Source: Paraspadella gotoi
Taxonomy: Eukaryota > Animalia > Chaetognatha
Assembly: GCA_051294375.1 (NCBI GenBank)
Contig: CM119267.1
Location: 4,757,885-4,821,884 of the forward strand
Length of the DNA stretch: 64,000 nt
Direction of reading: 5' to 3'
The translations under genes and the position numbers were made by a program. Below are positions 55,070-64,000 of the stretch, in pieces (within the stretch, counting starts at the first letter, position 1; every line of letters begins with the position of its first letter). The notes under the pieces were generated by a model. That model searched no databases, was not told the DNA's origin, and saw only the letters and a program-made list of their open reading frames with translations.

Positions 55070-56260
55070 TTAAATTACAAGACAAGTTGGGCGAAATCTT
55101 TTTTCGTTTCTGCTTTTGGGAATTCCTCCCTCGATTCCAGCCGTGCATATAAAAATTGTCTCTCTTACCTCGGTTAAATCCCAAATAATGCGTTCGACCG
55201 ACTGGGTATGAGTCGGGAAAGGCGGAAGTTCCAATTTGTTTATGATTAAATCGTGCAAATCGGAAATCTTTAAGTCGCATGTGAGAATCGATTCATAGAT
55301 CGGAATATAATTCCAGTTTATCAACTCGGCAATGATCTTTGCATTGAAATTTAAAGGAGGCGAGACAAACTTTCGTACTGATTTGTCTCCCCAATCACTT
55401 CCTTGTTGGAGGTTAACAATTTTATTAACTGCAAATGCCCTCAAATTGGGATCGTCGTTGGAAAGAAGGCAAATAAGCAAATTTTCGGGGTGACCATTCC
55501 ATGACTTAATATAAGGGGAAACTAAATCTTTTGTTGCCTTGGGAAGGAGATGGAGTCGCTGGACTGGTAACGGGAGGTCGAGATTTAATAAAAAACCATG
55601 AAGAGTTATAGTAAGTGACCAAATAAAAAATCAGTTTATGCAAATTTGCTTTCACTTTTCTCTTAAACGAATATTTAAATAAAGATGGCCTAACCGACAA
55701 GCCAGCAGTAAGCCCCACCGAGAGAGAGCTTATGGGGCCCAGTTTTTAAAGTTTTTTGCAGGCTCAAATCTTTCCGCTCTTTGAATTGAATATCGTTGCA
55801 TAAGAAAGATATATTTTTGAATCCGAAGATAAATCAAGCAAAAGCCACCATCATCCATTAGTGGAATCTCTGGAACATCAGAAATAGGACTGAACTTATC
55901 CTTTCCATTCTATAGATTCTCGCACCTTTTGGTAGTCTATTTTCCCTATTGCGACCTATTGAAGGAGTTATCCTGTTTTGGGCCGTCAAAAAGCCTTTGA
56001 AAAAACATGGCCGCGAAGCCTAACTCGTTAGTGTCAGTCTTCAATGTTTTTCACAATTAAACAGATAGGGCCAGCCTAGATGTCACTTGCCGTGGAGTCA
56101 ACACCTCAATAACATTTAAGTCCATTGTAAGTGTCGTTATCTTCTAAATAATTTAATTATCACTCTTGGTCATCGGTACAGCTGCCTTTTCCTGTTGCAG
56201 CTGTGACAGCAAAACTATGGTGCTTCTTTTTTTTTATCGTCGTTTGCCTAAAGACGCCGT
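55070..56260 (-). pseudogene. Frameshifted hAT-superfamily (hATm-like) transposase remnant
   Basis: C-terminal motifs HPEN-like…R.FAVNKI…PPLNFNA…LINW…PFPTHTQSVER. Upstream frameshifted pieces resemble H.NEL..RH.F..LDGP…G.IGK and GP…SRW. Family assignment is from recalled motifs. Confidence 0.7.
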
Positions 56261-56269
56261 TATTTTCAA

Positions 56270-59200
56270 TTACTTCTTAAAGTTTCAATTTTCTTTCCCT
56301 ATCGAAGCGTCAAGCGCCTTTTCACGTCTTCTTCTCAATTCGTTTTGCTTCTTTCCTCTCCGCAGTTTTGCGAGAATTTTTTTTTCTCCCGCCAAGATCT
56401 GCGCTGCACTAAGGCGTAGTAAAATTTTAAAATTTAACTTTAATTAAAATTCTAAAAGTGTAGGAACGAACAACATCTAATACTATCATGAACATTTATA
56501 TATAAAAAAAATTTATAAATAAATTTTACAATTATACGCAGTAGGCCATATTAGTTACTAGTACTAATCCAATTAAATTGTTAAAATTTGTTAAAACAGT
56601 TTTTCTAAGATTTTTTTGTAGATTTGATCCGTCATAAAAAGTTGATAAAAAATATAACTCTTTTAAAAAAATTCCGATCTCACCTTAAGAGATTACAGAG
56701 ACGAGTCAAAAATAATTATGAGAAAAGCCTATTATTTTAAGGCTTGAAAACTTTAAATACTTTAATAATATATGATTATAAAATTATTTCAGTTTTTTAT
56801 AATTTAATCTTAACCCCACTTAATGGCAAAGAATTTTTAAAAATTTAATTTATATCTTTATTTGTAATACCAACTATTATGTTTCACGAAGAAGAACAAA
56901 TATGAACAAGAATAATTAGCAAGCTCAAAATTAACATAACTTTTGAAATTTTTCAATTTTATAAAAGAGACTACAGTAACTAAATTATAACATGCTAGCC
57001 TAATCACTGCCGAAATATTAAAAAACATAAAATTTTAAAAATTTTTTTTACAAATTAAATGTTCACTGTAGGTATGTGTTCATAATTACTTTTAGGAATT
57101 TTCTCTACGATAACTTTTGACAGCTACGCCTTAGCGCTGCACGGTCTGTTATGACACAGGAAGAGTTTCGTCGACTTTGGCATCACCATCCTAAAGCTCG
57201 ATCGCCCGCGGTCAAGCCGATCGCCTCGCGCACCGCTGCCATCGGGGCTACGCTTAAGGGCGTATTCGATGGAGGCCCTCCTTTTAATGTACTATTTATT
57301 TGGCTTTTGTTATACATGCCTTATTCCTTTCTAAATACTCAATCCCATAATAAACTTACCCGTTTTTAAGATTGATCCTAAGGTCTCATTACTGGGCATT
57401 GGCTCATTAGCTACATCCCAATTTTCTTATAAATGTGGCATCTTAGGAGGTCTGTTCTACGCGGCTTTTACCCAAAATCAACATCTAATTTTGTTAAAGG
57501 TCTTTAACCGACTATAACTCGAGTCCTTACAGAAAAAAAGGACTTTTTTGGTAGTTTGTTGTGATTGCTTTGATCATAAAGGATGGTGATTAATTTGCAT
57601 TTTATTTTTTATTAACAAAGTACTTTAATTAATCAAATTATTCAAAACCTTGTGGCATTTCCAAAACGTCCGGTATTTTGCCATTGAAACAATTACCCAC
57701 GGCCACAGCGAGGCCGCTACTAATTTCTTTCTCGCTTCGCGAGTAGGTCGGATTTCATAATCAAACAATTCTTGGCAGTCTGCAAACATTTCCATTGACC
57801 TGGAGGGCTACCCTCCTTGTCCGCGTCGTTGGACCTTACCGCATCGGAACCCAGTGCCCCCTCCCATTGCCCATTGACAGACCAATTTGCCAAATAGACT
57901 ATACAATGACCACAATTTATTTTATTAGTTAAAATACATTCATTATAAATTTTTACTCTTTTAAATATTGAATATGAATGTAAATAATTAGCGTGGCAAC
58001 AATATATATTTTGTCCTTTTTTAAAATCTTATTATGCTTTACGATTTTTTGATCAATATACTTTAGTTTACTTATGCTTTAACCGGACTTTATTAATCAT
58101 GTTAGGAATGACGTAATAGCAAATAAAAGGAGCAAAAAATTATATGAATTACATATAATTATGAGTACATTTGTACAAATGGCCAAAGAAATCATGCTAA
58201 CGCCAAATAATGATCGAAAGGTTTGAGCGTTGCTGTCGTTGGGCACCACGTGACTTTTATCTAGCCACAAAGTAGACTAGATTTGACCCCAAAGATAGTG
58301 TTCATCAGTTGATTTCAAAGTCTGGACTCTGTCTGCATGGCGAGTTTGGTACAACTTGAACTGTGAACTTGCTGTAGACTCACAGGAGATTTTCTCCAGG
58401 GGGACACTCCGCTAGGGTCTTGGAGCGTCAAAGAAAACATAGAAATGCGCCTCTACAGGTGAATATCTTTTTATAAAAAATTTTTATTTAAAAATTCTTT
58501 AATGTTATTCATCAGAAATACATTTAATTGTAAATACTTACTTGAAGTAAAAAGATTTGCATAACTTGATTTAAACCTTTTTAACTGAAGCCAACAAAAG
58601 TTAGCTGTATCAATAAGGTAATCTTTGACGCATTGAGCCGCATTTGCTCCGCTGCCATCTTCCTCTTCTTCGTTTGCCAAAGTCATTCTACATCTTCATC
58701 AGTGGTTTTCATCCTCATTATTTTTTTCCATCCTCCTCACATAACTCTATGTCCAAACTTGTCAACGCCTAATTGGCAAATAAATCTTTGGTCATTTGAT
58801 CATCGTGTCGTTGTTGCTTCAAAGTTGATTGCACCGCGACCTACAGCTTTATTTTTATATGAAAAAGCCTGGCTTTTTGCATTATGATTTAAATAATTTG
58901 TTTTTACCTTTTGGATCAACAGAGGACTTTCGCAAATGTTTTTTTTGGCACAAACATAATTTGAGGCTTCTAAATTGTTTTGATTAAAAAAGGAAAGGCA
59001 AAAAAAAACCTCATTCTCTCATTTTTTCATTGTTAACTAAACACAAAGTTATTCTTGAAAATGTAATAATTAATGCAATAATTAAATAAGCCTCATATAA
59101 ACCTCTGACTGGTATGATACCATCTCGTGGAGGTCTGCATTGTTTGTCTTGAACAAAGGCTTTCTTTGCCAAAAGGACGCTTCCAAGACTTTCTTTTTTT

Positions 59201-59906
59201 CTCTTTGTCTGGGCATACTTAACAGCTTCACCTTAAGTGGTTATCGATAGAAGTTTGCAAGGACAAGTGGATAGGCTGAAGTCAGACAATTGTTCTACAA
59301 CCTTTGGCGGAGATCACCTTCCAGCCAAAATCGCGATTGTCAGGGAACTCCGGCGACGCAGCTATGTTCTTCATTAAAAATAAAAAAAACAAAAAAAAAA
59401 AAAAGGCCAACCAAAAGTAGCGAAAGACCATAAATTTATTAAAAAAATATAAAAAATAAGCTTAAAACAAACTTTTTGTGAACCAAAAAGCAAAAGAAAG
59501 TTGGCTAAAAGAAAAATTTATCGCCCAAATTTTTGAAAGAATGTTTTTTATACGGCTGTCTTTTTTACGCTTACTGCCACCACAAATTTTGTTCAATCTT
59601 ATCCCTTAAATGTTTTGAATTTTCAAAAACCATCTCGTACGTGTTTTGAATGACTAGGCAATAAAAGAAATATACTCGCAAAAATTTAGAACTTTTCAGG
59701 TTAACCAGTAGACGCAAGAACTTATTTTTGTAAAAAAAAAACCTTTTCTATCTATATCTCACTGATGATGCAGAAGAAAAAAAATGTGAAAACGCGTTTT
59801 TTATAAAGCGGACGAGCGTTAAGGCCGTGATATGAGAGAAAATATGTATTCATTAGTACTAATTACAAAATTAGAGGGCAATTAAAAAAACACCCAGTCC
59901 CCTTAA
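56270..59906 (-). mobile_element. Degraded, probably intron-containing DNA transposon (Kolobok-like), copy 1
   Basis: Fragments read best in copy 2: QVKWKCCNC…KKLVAASLCVGI…, FNKIRCDLVKPVEQ and VIDRQ; a DGS-like motif at ~57240; right end CCCC-TTAA. Confidence 0.4.
56410..57133 (-). mobile_element. hAT-type MITE, inverted copy
   Basis: TAAGGCGTAGT…CTACGCCTTA flanked by the direct repeat GCGCTGCAC; the empty site is visible at ~60048-60055. Confidence 0.88.
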
Positions 59907-59967
59907 GTTTTATTTATAATTTTTCTATCTCTCTCTTTTTTTNNNNNNNNNNNNNNNNNNNNNNNNN

Positions 59968-62900
59968 AGGCCTTTCACGTCTTCTCTCAATCGTTTTGCT
60001 TCTTTCTCTCCGCAGTTTTTGCGAATTTTTTTTTTCTCCCGCAAGATGCGCTGACGGTCTATGACACAGGAGAGGTCGTCGGACGTGACAATCCTAAGCG
60101 ATCGCNNNNNNNNNNNNNNNNNNNNNNNNNNNNNNNNNNNNNNNNNNNNNNNNNNNNNNNNNNNNNNNNNNNNNNNNNNNNNNNNNNNNNNNNNNNNNNN
60201 NNNNNNNNNNNNNNNNNNNNNNNNNNNNNNNNNNNNNNNNNNNNNNNNNNNNNNNNNNNNNNNNNNNNNNNNNNNNNNNNNNNNNNNNNNNNNNNNNNNN
60301 NNNNNNNNNNNNNNNNNNNNNNNNNNNNNNNNNNNNNNNNNNNNNNNNNNNNNNNNNNNNNNNNNNNNNNNNNNNNNNNNNNNNNNNNNNNNNNNNNNNN
60401 NNNNNNNNNNNNNNNNNNNNNNNNNNNNNNNNNNNNAATGTGATCTTAGAGTCTGTTCTACGGGCTTTACCAAATCACATCTAATTTTGTTAAAGGTCTT
60501 TAACCGATATAACTCGAGTCCTACAGAAAAAAAGACTTTTGGTAGTTGTTGTGATTGCTTTGATCATAAGGATGGTGATATTTGCATTTATTTTTATTAA
60601 CAAAGTACTTTAATAATAAATTATCAAACCTGTGGCATTTCCAAAACGTCGGTATTTTGCATGAAAAATACCCACGCACAGCGAGGCCGCTACTAATTTC
60701 TTTCTCGCTTCGCGAGTAGGGTCGGATTCATAATCAAACAATTTTGGCAGTTGCAACATTTCCATTTGACCTGGAGGCTACCTCCTTGTCCGCGTGTTGA
60801 CTACCGCATCGGAACCCAGTGCCCCCTCCCATTGCATTGACAGACCTATTGCCAAATGACTAAAATGACCACATTTATTTATTAGTTAAAATACATCATT
60901 ATAAATACTCTTTTAAATATGAATATGGAATGTTAAATAATTAGTGAACAATATATATTTATGTCCTAAAATTATATGCTTAGATTTTTTGATCATATAT
61001 TTATTTACTATGTTTAACCGGACTTTATTAATAATGTTAGGAATGACGTAATAGCAAATAAAAGGAGAAAAAAATTATATGAATTACATATAATTATGTA
61101 CATTGTACAATGGCAAAGAAATCATGCTAACGCAAATAAGATCGAAAGGTTTGAGCGTGTGTCCGTTGGACCACGTGCTTTTATAGCCACAAAGTCAATA
61201 GATTTGACCCCAAAGATAGTTTCATCAGTGATTCAAAGTCTGACTCTGTCTCTGGAGTTGGTACAACTTGAACTGTGAACTTGCTGGAGACTCACAGGAG
61301 ATTTTCCAGGGAACTCGTAGGGTCTTGGAGGTCAAAGAAACATAGAAATGGCCTCTACAGGTTGATATTTTTTATAAAAATTTATTTAAAAATTCTTAAT
61401 GTTATTATCAGAATAATTAATTGTAAATACTTACTGAAGTAAAAAGATTTGATAACTTGATTAAACTTTTAACTGAGCCAACAAAAAGTTAGCTTGTATC
61501 AATAAGGAATCTTGACGCATTGAGCCGATTTGCTCCGCTGCCATCTTCCTCTNNNNNNNNNNTCAAAGTCTGACTCTCTCTCTGGAGTTGGTACAACTTG
61601 CCTGTGAACTTGCTGGAGACTCACAGGAGATTTTCTGGGGAACTCATAGGGTCTTTGAGGTCAAAGAAACATAGAAATGGCCTCTACAGGTTGATATTTT
61701 TTATAAAAATTTATTTAAAAATTCTTAATGTTATTATCAGAATAATTAATTGTAAATACTTACTGAAGTAAAAAGATTTGATAACTTGATTAAACTTTTA
61801 ACTGAGCCAACAAAAAGTTGGCTTGTATCAATAAGGAATCTTGACGCATTGGGCCGATTTGCTCTGCTGCCATCTTCCTCTTCTTCGTTTTCAAAGTCAT
61901 CTACATCTTCATCAGCGGTTTCATCCTCATTATTTTTTTTGCCATCCTCCTCAACGGACTCTATGTCCAAACTGTCAACGCTAATTAGCAAAAAATCTTT
62001 GTCCATTTGATCATCGTTGTCATCGTTGTTCAAAGTTGACGACCGCGACCTACAGTTTATTTTATATGAAAAAGGTTTTGCATATGATAATAATTTGTTT
62101 TACCTTTTGAGATCAACAGAGGACTTTCGCAAATGTTTTTTTTGGCACAACATAATTGAGGCTTCTAAATTGTTTATTAAAAAAAGGGAAAGGCAAAAAA
62201 AAAACTCATTCTCTCATTTTTTCATTAACTAAACAACAAGTTATTCTTGAAAATGTAATAATTAATGATAATTAATAAGCTCATATAAACCTCTGGACTG
62301 GTATGATTACCATCTCGTGGAGGTCTGCATTGTTTGTCTTGAACCAAAGGCTTCTTTGCCAAAGACGCTGCCAAGACTTTCTTCTTTTCTCTTTGTCTGG
62401 GCATACTAACAGCTTCACCTTAAGTGGTTATCGATAGAATTTGGCAAGACAAGTGGAAGGCTGAAGTCAGACAATTGGTTTACAACCTGAGCGGAGATCA
62501 CCTTCCAGCCAAAATCGCGATTGTCAGGAACTCCGGCGACGAGCTTTGTTCTTTCATTAAAAAAACAAAAACAAAAAAAAAAAAAAAAAAAAGGCCACAA
62601 AGTAGGAAATGACCATAAATTTTAAAAAAATATAAAAAATAAGTTTAAAACAAACTTTTGAACCAAAAGCAAGAGAAAGTGGTAAAAGAAAAATTTATCG
62701 CCCAAATTTTTGAAGAATGTTTTTATACGGCGTCTTTTTTACGTTATGCACCACAAATTTTGTTCATCTTATCCCTAAATGTTTGAATTTTCAAAAACCC
62801 ATCCGTATGTTTGATGACTAGGAATAAAAGAATATACTCGCAAAATTTAGAACTTTTCAGGTTAACCCAGTAGACGAAGAACTTATTTTTGTAAAAAAAA

Positions 62901-63082
62901 AACCTTTCTATCTATATCTCAGCTGAATGATGAGAAGAAAAAAAATGTGAAAACGGTTTTTTATAAAGCGGACCGAGGTTAAGGCCGTGATATGAGAGAA
63001 AATAATGTATCATTAGTACTAATTACAAAATAGAGGGCAATTAAAAAAGACACAGTCCCCTTAAGTTTTATTTTAATTTTCT
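59968..63082. repeat. Tandem duplicate of 56315-59925 (lacking the MITE), with an internal re-duplication (61175-61552 vs 61563-61880)
   Basis: Colinear near-identity across N gaps; the differences are mainly single-base indels. Confidence 0.9.
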
Positions 63083-63280
63083 TTTCCCCTTTTTTAAATA
63101 ATATCTAATTTAATCTTAAAATTAATATTTTTGATTAATTAAAAAATATAATTTATACATCATTGGGATGGGTATGTTAGTGTTGTCTTCTGGAAATAGC
63201 GGAAATAGTGGAACTCACCTTTGACAGTTGTTGACATGATCGTGAGAGGGCCGATGGAGAGAGAGAGAGAGAGAGAGGGA

Positions 63281-63318
<38 letters not shown>

Positions 63319-64000
63319 CTTGAATAATGGATTATCATATCCTGGGATAATCCTTCTCTCGTGAAAAATTACGTCGCGAAGAAGATAAGGAATATTTATT
63401 TAAAATAGCGCGAGAAGAAATATCGAGATCAGATGTTAGCGACGAGGATGAGAAACGAGGGTTTTATGAACAGACTGTTTAGTGACGGTAACAGGGCTTA
63501 CGGTAGATTTTCTACACTTTTCAAAGCGGCGTTTGTAAGGAGTCATCTCGCCAGGACGATTTTAATATTAGTAGGGTTTCGGTCCTTTTATACAATAAAA
63601 ATCGTTGATAAAAACATGATACGACTTTCTTGTTAGGAAAGCCAGTTATTCAGTCGGTTTATCAACTAGGCTGTGAGAAAGTCTCGAATTAAAGCTTGAA
63701 GGGACTTGCTCTGCTGTTAACTCTGACTAACCAATGGCTACTTGGCAAATTCTAAGTCATTTAAATCAACGGATAATTTTTAAAAGCGTAACGGATATAT
63801 ATAACCAGCGATTGAATTTTCCTATTTGAAATTCCTTTTGAAGTCGAATGAAATTTTTTTTTTCTCGGGTCGTTTTTTCTGGAGCGATTCGCTTCGGTCG
63901 CTTCTCCTGTCTCTAGTCTTCAGTCATCGTCGCTTGATTTTTAGATTGACTGGTTGATTGGTTGATTGGTTTGGTTGTTTATTGGTTGATAAGGTTGTTT

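Noticed and set aside
63219-63237. ATG-containing mini first exon (MSTTVK) with a GTGAGT donor on the minus strand
   Set aside because: No downstream exons could be linked, and it is too short to support.

Overview
This is AT-rich invertebrate (metazoan) genomic DNA from a draft assembly, with abundant (AG)n microsatellites, N gaps and noisy long-read segments. The only well-supported protein gene is a 9-exon innexin on the minus strand (12907->655, about 431 aa). A divergent tRNA-Phe(GAA)/tRNA-Gly(GCC) pair lies about 0.9 kb upstream of it. The most interesting region is inside the 6.2-kb third intron, on the + strand. In order it holds a T-tract/polypurine tract, a ~250-bp LTR-like unit, and a 47-nt reverse copy of mature (CCA-bearing) tRNA-Leu that stops exactly at position 38. 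Two sequence-divergent cassettes follow, each a Pol III tRNA-like head fused to a circularly permuted (type-P5) twister-like ribozyme fold; they show compensatory changes and have P1 reduced to a 6-nt self-complementary loop. The rest of the window holds hAT- and Tc1/mariner-type MITEs, degraded hATm-like and Kolobok-like transposase fragments, minisatellites and two large tandem duplications that are probably assembly artefacts. All calls come from reading the sequence by eye; no searches were run.
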